This document shows positions 1 through 8,196 of a stretch of DNA of 32,000 nucleotides, in pieces (position 1 is the first letter of the stretch; every line of letters begins with the position of its first letter). Below the pieces are notes generated by a model. The model was not told where the DNA came from and searched no databases. It saw only the letters and a list, made by a program, of their open reading frames with translations. This DNA is from Paramicrosporidium saccamoebae KSL3 (Eukaryota > Fungi > Cryptomycota): NCBI GenBank assembly GCA_002794465.1, contig MTSL01000107.1, forward strand, positions 30,001-62,000, given 5' to 3'. The position numbers were made by a program, and so were the translations under genes.

Positions 1-61
1 ATCCTCTTGTTTACCCACTACACTTGCCATATTAAGCAATCCCCGCAGACCGGGGCTTGAA

Positions 62-700
62 ATGACAAAGTCCAACACTATGTATCCCGCGTTCCAAGTG
101 CTCTCTGGTAAGCGCGTCATCCTTGGAAGCACTTCGTCTAGTCGCATTTCCATCTTTACCCAGCTCGGTCTAGACTATGAGCTACTGTCGTCCAATTTTG
201 AAGAAGATTATGACAAGGCTGCATTCAAAACACCATTGGCATATTGTGCTGCAACTTGTGCAAAGAAGGCCGAGATTGTCCTCGAAATGAGCAGCGGAAC
301 CGCCAGTCTAATCGTGTGCGCCGATACGATTATCAGCTGTAATGGTGTGATCTACGAAAAACCAATGGACCGGGCTGATGCTGTGCGTATCCTATCAGAA
401 CTTGGTGGCAATACTATCGAAGTGATTACGGCCGTGTCCTTTTATTACCGCACTGCCGCTGGCTACCAACATTGTGCATTTGAAGACGTGACCTTAATGC
501 ACATGTTGCCGTATGATGACAAAATGATTGCCGCATACCTTGACACGGGTGAAGGAATGTCCTACTCTGGTGCCCTAAGCTACCAAGGAGCTGGATTCCT
601 ACTCGTCAAAGGAATCAATGGATGTTTTTACAATCTAAGGGGTTTCCCAGCCCCGAGATTCTATCAAGAATACGCTAAAATAGCCCATCTCATTGTGTGA
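62..700 (+). CDS. Maf-like nucleoside triphosphate pyrophosphatase, copy 1 (intronless)
   Basis: Maf motifs in order: VILGSTSSSR (canonical LASxSPRR), NFEE, CADTII, YEKP..A..IL..LGG, VITAV, YLDTGEG, YQG, NLRGFP. Alternative start at ATG 80. Confidence 0.9.
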   Translation: MTKSNTMYPAFQVLSGKRVILGSTSSSRISIFTQLGLDYELLSSNFEEDYDKAAFKTPLAYCAATCAKKAEIVLEMSSGTASLIVCADTIISCNGVIYEKPMDRADAVRILSELGGNTIEVITAVSFYYRTAAGYQHCAFEDVTLMHMLPYDDKMIAAYLDTGEGMSYSGALSYQGAGFLLVKGINGCFYNLRGFPAPRFYQEYAKIAHLIV

Positions 701-854
701 AATGTTAGCAGCCGAAATTCGTGACCAATCATAACGGAGAAGCGACACTGTGAGATGGTACAACTAAGGACCACAGTGATCCCAATAAAGGGTCGTGTTG
801 ATGAGCAAATTAGTTTTATTAAAGTATGTGGCATATAGACAGCCATCCTTACTG

Positions 855-891
855 TGATTGGAATGGCTTATAGGATCGCTATCTGAGTTGG
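855..891. repeat. 37-nt dispersed repeat, copy A (partner at 21337-21373)
   Basis: tgattggaatggcttataggatcgctatctgagttgg versus tgattggaatggattctaggatcgctatctgagttgg: 35 of 37 identical. Confidence 0.9.
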
Positions 892-917
892 ATTCACTAG
901 TGATAGGTGATACTGTG

Positions 918-1034
918 TGACGTAGAGGCAGAGGCAGAGGATCGATTGATTAGTCGGGTATTTGACGTAGAGGCAGAGGATTGATTAGTCGGGTATTTGA
1001 CGTAGAGGGTTGATTAGTTGCTGGATATTTGAGG
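918..1034. repeat. Degenerate tandem repeat, about 3 units of 29-45 nt
   Basis: Recurrent blocks tgacgtagagg (918, 963, 998) and ttgattag (946, 981, 1010); core unit ttgattagtcgggtatttgacgtagaggcagagga. Confidence 0.85.
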
Positions 1035-1277
1035 ACAGTGAGATGTGTATCCATACTATTCTAGGATCAGCAGTGAACAACGCCGCTTCCCGTCTGTGGA
1101 TTATCCCCGCTACGCGACAAGCGGATGCTGCTTAACAGGGCCTTACTCTAAACCTCACAATTGTTAATACAGCTGCCTATCAATGATGGTTCATTATTAA
1201 CAAAAAAACCTATCGATCAGTCCAGTCAGTCCCATTACTTTATACTCGACTAAGAATAATCGCGTTTTTGCATTATC

Positions 1278-1952
1278 ATGTCTCCAGATGCCGTCAAGTA
1301 TCCCGCATTCCATGTTCTCCAAGGAAAGCGTGTAATTTTGGCCTCTGCATCTCCACGTCGGGTCAATCTTCTGGGCCGAATGGTACATTTCCGCACGCTA
1401 CTCATACCATAGGGGCTCTCTTTTGAGGTCGTTCCATCAAATTTTGAAGAAGATTATGACAAGGCCAATTATGACTCTCCCACCGCCTACTGCTCGGCAA
1501 CTTGTCTTAAAAAGGCTCAAATCGTCCTCGAAAAGACCATCGATACTGAACCTTCCCTGATAATCAGCTCTGATACAATTGTCGTCTGCGAGGGCGCCAT
1601 TTACGAAAAGCCGATGGATAGAAACGATGCCGTACAGATTTTGAGTGCAATTAGCGGAAAGACAGTGGACGTGATTACAGCCGTGACAATGTTCTACCTC
1701 CAGAAAGACGGAACGTATAAAGAAGTCTCTTTTGATGAGAGCACCGAAATGTACATGGACCAATATGGCCAAGACATGATCGACGCCTATCTCGACACGG
1801 GCGAAGGAATGGGTTTCAGTGGCGCCTTTTCCTATCAGGGTGCTGCGTTCCTGATGATCAAGGGAATCACTGGCTGTTTCTACAATGCAATTGGATTCCC
1901 AGTTTCTCGGTTCTACCGCGAATTCCTTAAAATATCGAACCAAGTCGCATAG
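1278..1952 (+). CDS. Maf-like nucleoside triphosphate pyrophosphatase, copy 2; exons 1278-1382 and 1413-1952
   Basis: ATG 1278 reads MSPDAVKYPAFHVLQGKRVILASASPRRVNLLGRM. A 30-nt intron GTACAT...CATAG (1383-1412) removes an in-frame TAG, then GLSFEVVPSNFEEDYDK...SSDTIV...YEKP runs in frame with track ORF 1614-1952. Colinear with copy 1. Confidence 0.92.
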
Positions 1953-1965
1953 ACAACACATGGCT

Positions 1966-2492
1966 TTATTGAGGTGCATCTTGAACATCTCGGCCAAATA
2001 AAAATATCTCTGCTGTGGCGACCACCAGGCCGGTGAATATCGCTATCAACACACACGCCTCCAAGGACCATCCAAGAGACTTTCTGAATAGGACTCCCAC
2101 TGTTACAGCGGCCCCAACAATGGAAAGTAGCGCATTGGCCGCGCCTGAGAACTGTCTCCTCGCCTCGACCCATTCTTCCGGCTGGTCGCGTCTCATCATT
2201 CTCCGATACGCACGCGCTTCAGAAACAACCCGCGCCTGTCGCTGCACCTCTGTTTCTGGCGTCGGTGGTCGACGAAATGTAATGTAGCTATCCTTGAGAT
2301 AGGATTCCATTGTGTTGGGAGGAACGAGACTTTTGAGCAAATAATACGGGACCAGCCGCTCTACTATGAGATTTGCATTGACATAATACCTTCCAGAGCG
2401 TTCTTGATTTCGCCTTGACGCTCCGTGCCACGGAGCTTTTCCGTTAGTAGCTCCTTCAAACAGTCTGTCAGTTCAAACTTGATTCTGCTCAT
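1966..2492 (-). CDS. VMA12: Vma12/TMEM199 family V-ATPase assembly factor; exons 2492-2390 and 2363-1966
   Basis: C-terminal pattern Y..M......Q.....N.LLS...TM1...TM2 ending LVVATAEIFLF. Upstream ATG 2492 (MSRIKFELTDCLKELL) joins in frame through a 26-nt GTATTA...CATAG intron (2389-2364). Confidence 0.8.
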
Positions 2493-2515
2493 CCGGGCCA
2501 GACACAAGGGTAGCC

Positions 2516-2664
2516 TAGGATCAAGCTGACACTTTATCACAAACTACAAGTACAACTAGATTACAGAGGAAATTTATCGAGACATTAGGGGATCAACTTT
2601 TAAAATACAACACAAGCTAGATTACAGAGTACATTTATTGAGACAGCAGTAGTCTAGGATCAAC
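2516..2664. repeat. Degenerate tandem duplication (about 60-70 nt units) at the 3' end of the bZIP gene
   Basis: ctagattacagag..atttat(c/t)gagaca occurs twice and tagg(gg)atcaa three times. Confidence 0.75.
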
Positions 2665-3671
2665 TACTTGCTGGATTTCTTCCCTTTCGAAAGCCGAGTC
2701 TTCTTGCAGCCAGAGATAATCTGATTCCAGAGAAGATTCAAGTTCTGACGAGAGATCATTTTGGTTCGATTCTGTTTTGATTGTTTTTGTTTCTGTTGTT
2801 GTTGTTGTTTCTGCTTCAATTGCATTCGTGTCAAAGAACTCTTTCCAGTCGCAGAGCCAAAAGTCCGCGACGTCTGTAAAGTCTTTCTCTCTCCCATCGT
2901 CACACGAGTCGAGGAAGTCAATGGTCGCCGATAGCGCAGACGGAGACGCAAAACATGGGTTAGAGGCTGATCGGGCAAGCCTGCCTCGCCGGGCGACACA
3001 AGAAGGTGGCTGGAAGCCGATGGAGTGTGTGCCGGTGTGGTCAGGGGGGCTATGGTGCCATCAGTGAGATGACGCCAAACCCGCAAAGCTGATAGATCAG
3101 TCCTCGTCGCTAGCTGTGTCTCGTCGCCCTTTGGCAGACTCAATCCAAGATGATTCTGATGGGCACAATGAACGCACGACTCGGCATTCGGATTGCTTGT
3201 GGTATCAAATGATGCAGCTTGTTCAGTTCCTCCCATGACAAGTCGCTTAAGCTGCTCAAACTCGCGTTTCAGCACTGTCAGCTCCCCCATCAGCGAGGAC
3301 TTTTCATATTCAAGGGCTCCAACCCGTGCACGGAGGTTTCTGGACTCCTCCTTCAATGTGTCACGGGTCTCTTCTAGTTCAGATACATATTGGCGTTTCC
3401 TTTCACGCGAAGCTTGTGCAGACTCTCTGTTCTTTATCGCCCTCTCCCGTTTCTTGTCGTCACATGGTGGTCCCTGTGGCTCTTCTAATGGCGGTGGTGG
3501 GGGGAGATTAAGTAACAGTGGGTCACAGTCGGACGAGTCGGTAGAACTGGTCGCGGGTGCACAATAGGAAAGGTCGCCAAACAGGTCATACTCAAGTTTG
3601 GTCATTGTCAGTAATGTGGAAAAGGGCTTTGTAGAGTCGGTAGATTTCATCCCGGCAGTAATCGCAGTCAT
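2635..3671 (-). CDS. bZIP transcription factor, HAC1/XBP1/ATF6-like basic region. Unshifted ORF is 3671-2664 (335 aa); a second overlapping frame 3060-2635 encodes an acidic tail
   Basis: Basic region KKRERAIKNRESAQASRERKRQYVSELE followed by a leucine-zipper heptad. The alternative frame is open for 141 codons and ends ...EEIQQVVDPRLLLSQ*. Confidence 0.85.
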
Positions 3672-3763
3672 ATGTGGTGGTAATTTGGTGAGTAAGAGTG
3701 ATTCACAGTCTTTGTTGGCCTGCCGTGGTTCGTCCGTCCATTAAAAAGGGGCCCCGTGGGCGA

Positions 3764-3770
3764 TGAGTCA
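3764..3770. promoter_or_regulatory. AP-1/GCN4-type bZIP site TGAGTCA upstream of the bZIP gene
   Basis: Exact TGAGTCA about 90 nt upstream of the bZIP ATG, in the divergent bZIP/Hsp20 spacer. A single 7-mer is weak evidence. Confidence 0.35.
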
Positions 3771-3964
3771 CTAAATACCAGGGCTACCAACCAATCAAAG
3801 CGTGCCAATTGGCCAAGTTTGACAGGCGTGGGGCGATGGGGTAACCCAATTTGGGCCCCACTCCGTCCCTCCCGCTTTATATACCGCCAGCCTCGAGCTA
3901 GTTGAGAGAACCAATGATGGACAGCGTCGACACTGGAATGTCGGTTGTGATTGGTCCGTTCGGC

Positions 3965-4026
3965 TTCTAAATTTTTCTAGAGTTTTGATGAATATTCTAG
4001 AGGGCCTGGGGGAAAAGGTATAAATA
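3965..4026 (+). promoter_or_regulatory. Heat-shock element plus TATA box of Hsp20 copy 1
   Basis: GAATATTCTAGAG at 3990-4002 (nGAAnnTTCnnGAGn), extra TTCTAGAG at 3975-3982, TATAAATA at 4019-4026, 35 nt before ATG 4061. Confidence 0.75.
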
Positions 4027-4060
4027 CAAAGCAGCAGAGCCCTCTACATTGCATCAGGAA

Positions 4061-4498
4061 ATGCCTTTCTTAGAAAACTTTGATCGCTTAATGTTCTACC
4101 GCATGAATGATCTCCTCCGAGATGATGTTGAAGTCCCTCGTAGCAACTGCCGGCAACAAACACGCTGCAGTCTCGTGCCAGCCAAACTGGATCTTATTGA
4201 GAAGCCTGATGCATATGCAGTCCATGTGGATCTGCCTGGCGTGGCCAAGGAGGACATTCAGGTGCACATTGAAAATGGTGCTTTGACTGTCTCTGCGGAG
4301 CGCAAGGAAGAGCTCAAGGAAGAAGGCGACCTGTATCGTTATATGGAGCGCCGCTTTGGCTCCATTAAAAGGATCGTGTCGCTGCCGGAACAAGCTGATC
4401 AGGAAAGCGTCAAGGCAGAGCTGGTGAATGGCGTGCTGTATCTAGTGTTTGCAAAAAAGGCTGAGGAATCCTCTAGAAAGCAAGTGACCATTTCCTAG
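4061..4498 (+). CDS. Small heat-shock protein (Hsp20, alpha-crystallin domain)
   Basis: DLIEKPDAYAVHVDLPGVAKEDIQVHIENGALTVSAER...ERRFGSIKRIVSLP...VKAELVNGVLYLVF. First ATG is 4061 (the track ORF starts at TTG 4049). Confidence 0.95.
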   Translation: MPFLENFDRLMFYRMNDLLRDDVEVPRSNCRQQTRCSLVPAKLDLIEKPDAYAVHVDLPGVAKEDIQVHIENGALTVSAERKEELKEEGDLYRYMERRFGSIKRIVSLPEQADQESVKAELVNGVLYLVFAKKAEESSRKQVTIS

Positions 4499-4776
4499 AT
4501 AAATTGGTAAAATTTGACCTGAGACGATGGGGGAGACTGGTAGTTTATGAACTACTGATTGCTGATTAGTAGTGGTCTGTGAATTATCAAGACTAACAAT
4601 CATATTTGTAAACTAATAAAATTTGAAAAAATCCCATTGCACTATTGTTTATCAAGGATATAGTCTAAGTGGTAAAGCCTCGTCCAAATTAGCTGGCCTC
4701 CCAACCGCCTCTTGGGAATTAGGAACCGTTGTACTGCATATTGCATAAACAATAATGGATAATAAATCTTATCACA

Positions 4777-5736
4777 ATGGACCCGACATTACAGAACATC
4801 CTGGACCAGTCCACCCTAAAGTGGATTTTCGTTGGTGGAAAGGGAGGCGTGGGAAAGACGACCAACAGTTGCAGCTTGGCGGTGCAGCTCGCCTCGGTGC
4901 GGGAGAGTGTGCTGCTCATCTCCACTGACCCGGCTCATAACCTCTCGGATGCCTTTTCGCAAAAGTTTGGCAAGGACCCAACACTGGTGACAGGCTTTAA
5001 GAATCTTTATGCAATGGAAATTGACCCGAATGCAGGATTGGAGGAGATGAAGCAGGAGGAGGGAATGAACGACTCGCCCATGGGGAGTATTTTCAGTGAA
5101 CTGTCCATGGCGCTGCCCGGGATTGACGAGGCTATGGGGTTTGCCCAGGTCATGAAGCTCATCAAGAACATGGACTATTCTGTGATCGTCTTTGATACGG
5201 CCCCTACAGGCCACACACTCCGTTTCCTCTCCTTCCCCACCCTCCTGGATAAGGCATTGGGCAAGTTGGGCTCTCTCGGCGGACGATTCGGCTCCATGTT
5301 CTCGCAAATCTCGTCCATGATGGGCTCACAAGCCTCCCCTGACCAGATGTTTGCCCAGATTAATGAGCTCTCTGCAGTCGTCAAAGAGGTTAATCGTCAA
5401 TTCCAGGATCCTTCCCTCACCACCTTTATCTGTGTTTGCATCTCAGAGTTCCTCTCGCTATATGAGACGGAACGCATGATCCAGGAACTGACCGCTTACA
5501 ACATTGACACGCACAACATTATTGTCAATCAGTTAATCTTTCCCGGAAAGGGAAATGCATGTGAGCTGTGCAATGCAAGGCGCAAGATGCAGGCCAAGTA
5601 CCTGGAGCAGATCCATGAGCTGTACGAGGACTTTCATGTTGTACAGTTGCCGTTGCTGAGTAGCGAGGTGCGTGGGGTGGACGCCCTACAGAGCTTTTCC
5701 GAAAATTTAATGAAGCCCTTTGTTCCCAATCCCTAA
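4777..5736 (+). CDS. GET3: GET3/ASNA1/TRC40 ATPase (tail-anchored protein targeting)
   Basis: [17 protein letters not shown]-loop, [44 protein letters not shown]-terminal CELC (CxxC), EVRG. Confidence 0.98.
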   Translation: MDPTLQNILDQSTLKWIFVGGKGGVGKTTNSCSLAVQLASVRESVLLISTDPAHNLSDAFSQKFGKDPTLVTGFKNLYAMEIDPNAGLEEMKQEEGMNDSPMGSIFSELSMALPGIDEAMGFAQVMKLIKNMDYSVIVFDTAPTGHTLRFLSFPTLLDKALGKLGSLGGRFGSMFSQISSMMGSQASPDQMFAQINELSAVVKEVNRQFQDPSLTTFICVCISEFLSLYETERMIQELTAYNIDTHNIIVNQLIFPGKGNACELCNARRKMQAKYLEQIHELYEDFHVVQLPLLSSEVRGVDALQSFSENLMKPFVPNP

Positions 5737-5802
5737 TAAATTTGTCTGAGATTAGCGGTACAAACTTGGGCTCGTTTATTTACACCTGAGATTAAATTGA
5801 CA

Positions 5803-5929
5803 TTATCCTTACTACTGAGTTGCTATCATCCTTATCGCTGAATTGGCATCATCATTATTGCTGAGTTGGCATCCTTATCGCTGAATTGGCATCATTATTG
5901 CCGAGTTGGCATGATACTTACTGAATGGG
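5803..5929. repeat. Minisatellite of alternating 20/23-nt units between convergent GET3 and Hsp20 copy 2
   Basis: Cores (g/a)ctga(a/g)ttg(g)c at 5814, 5837, 5860, 5880 and 5900, plus a partial last unit cttactgaatgg overlapping the Hsp20 stop codon. Confidence 0.88.
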
Positions 5930-6361
5930 AATCATTTGTCCCTGCAATTCTCCCAACGATTCCTTCTTTCCAACATATACTTTAAGGAGTCCGTTGTCAA
6001 ACTCGGCCTTGACTTTTGTCGGATCCACACTCCCAGGCATCTCCACGGTGCGTCTAATCGCCCCGTAGCTACGCTCGCTCAAGTAAACTCGCTCCCCCTC
6101 CCCTGTATGCTCCTCGCTCTTATGTGCCTCTAAATACAGGCGGTTTCCGTCCAAATGCACACGAATATCATCTCTACTCACACCTGGAAGCTCCACCGAC
6201 ACTTTGTAATGATCAGGACGATCAAGAATGTCCATCCGAGATGTCATCAGTCCGCGAGTATTGGTAGGTGGCATTGGGGAGAGGTTGGTGCGGAAAAAAT
6301 CCTCAAACGGATCAAAAAAGTCTCGGAACCGGCGTCCTGAAATGTCACTGATTAATGCCAT
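5918..6361 (-). CDS. Small heat-shock protein (Hsp20), copy 2
   Basis: MALISDISGRRFRDFFDPFEDFF...RMDILDRPDHYKVSVELPGVSRDDIRVHLDGNRLYLEA...ERSYGAIRRTVEMP...VKAEFDNGLLKVYV. The upstream 40 codons of the track ORF look non-coding and contain a TATAAG near 6390. Confidence 0.95.
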   Translation of the reverse strand: MALISDISGRRFRDFFDPFEDFFRTNLSPMPPTNTRGLMTSRMDILDRPDHYKVSVELPGVSRDDIRVHLDGNRLYLEAHKSEEHTGEGERVYLSERSYGAIRRTVEMPGSVDPTKVKAEFDNGLLKVYVGKKESLGELQGQMIPIQ

Positions 6362-6427
6362 ACCATTGTGGTCAGTGACAATGTACTTATAGGATTTGCC
6401 TAATAAGCTCAATGCGAGGCAATCCCT

Positions 6428-6555
6428 TTTTAATCGCAAGTCTATACCGTTTTTATCACAAGTTTGTACCGTTTTTATCACAAGGTTGTGGCGTTTTTAT
6501 CGCAAGTCTGTACCGTTTTGATCACAAGCCTATCCCGCCTTTATAGCAAGTCTAT
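6428..6555. repeat. 22-nt minisatellite, 6 copies
   Basis: caag anchors at 6437, 6459, 6481, 6503, 6525 and 6547 (exact period 22); consensus tttttatc(a/g)caagtctgtaccg. Confidence 0.92.
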
Positions 6556-6652
6556 TTATTCATAAGAGACGATTCTGTTCCTTGTTCATTCTGAAGCAGA
6601 CTGATAGATTACTTGTTGCCCCCTGGAAATCGCGTCACTTTTACAAATCTCT

Positions 6653-7385
6653 CTATAAGAAAGGGTTTTTCTTTTCTTCATTCTTTCTGTAGAGAACTGA
6701 TGGATCACCCGCTATCCGCCTGGGCATCGACTCGGCAATCTTTTCCAAAATCTCTTCCGGTGTCTCCCCGGCCTCGTGCTGAGCGGCCTGGAACTTTTCG
6801 TCAATTCCATAGTCGATGCGCGCTTCTGGAGAAAAGATATGGACACGGGCGACTTGTAGATCGAGGATGATCCAGTCAGGTTCTTTGCTGTCGAGGCCCT
6901 CATAGTGGAGACGGTCTTTGAGAAAGGGTCGAAACTACCATAGTTACGGATGAAAATGGTTGTACCTTTTTCAATAGCAATTCGCCCAAAGAAACGCGTT
7001 CACGGACCGTCTCGAGTTGCAACACGATTTGTGCTGGTGATTGTAGGTCAACGCTTGAATGTAAATTTGCATAGGTTGTGACATTTGCATTGCTTTCGCT
7101 CTGAATCACATCTAGCACTGACTGCAACGACAGGGAAGCTGGTTCCGCACTATACATTGGCTTTACCATTTCCTTGGCTTTGAATTCTTCCTTGTAAAAT
7201 TCGCGCAACGCCCCAGCGGGATCGGCAGGAACAGCCACGGTAGGGTCAGCATACAGCGTATTTATAGGATTGCTAATGGGGTCGATGTTTACATTGGAAT
7301 CCAAATCAAGGTTGACTGCATTAGTTTTGCTGTACCATTGTAGGCGTTGGAAAAGGCCACGTCGGAGCAGCCTTAGGGCTAACAT
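6653..7385 (-). CDS. MALSU1: Mitochondrial ribosome silencing factor RsfS/Iojap family (MALSU1, Atp25 N-domain like); exons 7385-6966 and 6934-6653
   Basis: Arg/Leu-rich presequence MLALRLLRRGLFQRL. A 31-nt GTACAA...GGTAG intron (6965-6935) gives exon 2 FRPFLKDRLHYEGLDSKEPDWIILDLQVARVHIFSPEARIDYGIDEKF, matching the RsfS EG...W.L.D....VHIF.PE.R..Y motif. Confidence 0.85.
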
Positions 7386-7405
7386 TAACGATTAATTCAA
7401 TTCCC

Positions 7406-8122
7406 ATGCCGGTTATACGGAATGCTGTGATGGGAATTGTTGGGGAAGTGTGCAAGCTGTTCTTGACAGTGGGTACCCAGTTAGAAGTGAGGGGATTGGA
7501 TCGACTAATCACGGCCATTGAAAAAAGACCGAGCGGAGTACCATTGCTAACCGTGTCTAATCACACCTCCACAGTAGATGACCCGCTTATATTCGGAGTT
7601 TTGCCCGCAAGGATATTGTTCAACTCTAACAAGATGCGATGGGCCTTGGGAGCTGCCGAAATTACCCACCGAAATGCGCTGTATCGATGGTTCTTTTCCA
7701 CCGGCCAAGTGCTACCCATCCGACGTGGCGAGGGAGTACTGCAACCGAGCATGAATGACGCTCTGGGTCTCTTGGCAAATGGCCAATGGCTCCACGTCTT
7801 TCCTGAGGGAAAAGTCATTCCAGATTCGGCAGCATCAAGGGTCCGTCTAAAGTGGGGTATCGGTAGGCTCGTTTTGGATTCCAAGATTCCACCCGTAGTG
7901 CTGCCTATTGTGCATCAAGGACTAGAGAACATTTTACCGCTCGATAGTTGGATCCCCCGTTTTGGAAAGCGACTTGTAATTAACATTGGGGAGCCGGTAG
8001 ACACTGCGCCATTAAGGGAGAGGCTGTCAGCAGTCAATTTATCGCCGGAACAGCGTCGCTCCGAAGCCACATCCGTAATAGCAGCTGAACTAGCCAAATG
8101 CTATCCGAGAAATATAGACTAA
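7406..8122 (+). CDS. TAZ1: Tafazzin (cardiolipin transacylase)
   Basis: LLTVSNHTSTVDDP (HxxxxD), RWALGA, FFSTGQVLPIRRGEGVLQPSM, WLHVFPEGKV, RLKWGIGRLV. Confidence 0.95.
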   Translation: MPVIRNAVMGIVGEVCKLFLTVGTQLEVRGLDRLITAIEKRPSGVPLLTVSNHTSTVDDPLIFGVLPARILFNSNKMRWALGAAEITHRNALYRWFFSTGQVLPIRRGEGVLQPSMNDALGLLANGQWLHVFPEGKVIPDSAASRVRLKWGIGRLVLDSKIPPVVLPIVHQGLENILPLDSWIPRFGKRLVINIGEPVDTAPLRERLSAVNLSPEQRRSEATSVIAAELAKCYPRNID

Positions 8123-8196
8123 CCCCCATTAGACTTGCATTAGGTCCACTGTTGAATACTATACCCCAACATCGGATAGCAATTTCATATTCCAAT

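Noticed and set aside
1437-1997. 186-aa minus-strand ORF and the other antisense or nested ORFs in the track (e.g. 4816-5307, 10530-11099, 12096-12527)
   Set aside because: They lie opposite well-supported conserved genes and show no family motifs.
3050-3080. GT...CATAG segments (31 nt from 3080, 24 nt from 3073) as the bZIP frame-switch intron
   Set aside because: The lengths are 3n+1 and 3n, so they do not reach the acidic frame (the 31-nt option hits a stop after two codons), and the donors are not GTA.
4655-4730. tRNA-like start GGATATAGTCTAAGTGGTAAAGC (A-box-like)
   Set aside because: No same-strand T-loop/B box (GTTCRA), no acceptor-stem partner, and no cloverleaf can be built.
6428-6555. 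Regular 22-nt periodicity as a CRISPR array
   Set aside because: Units are contiguous with no unique spacers, there are no cas genes, and the context is eukaryotic.
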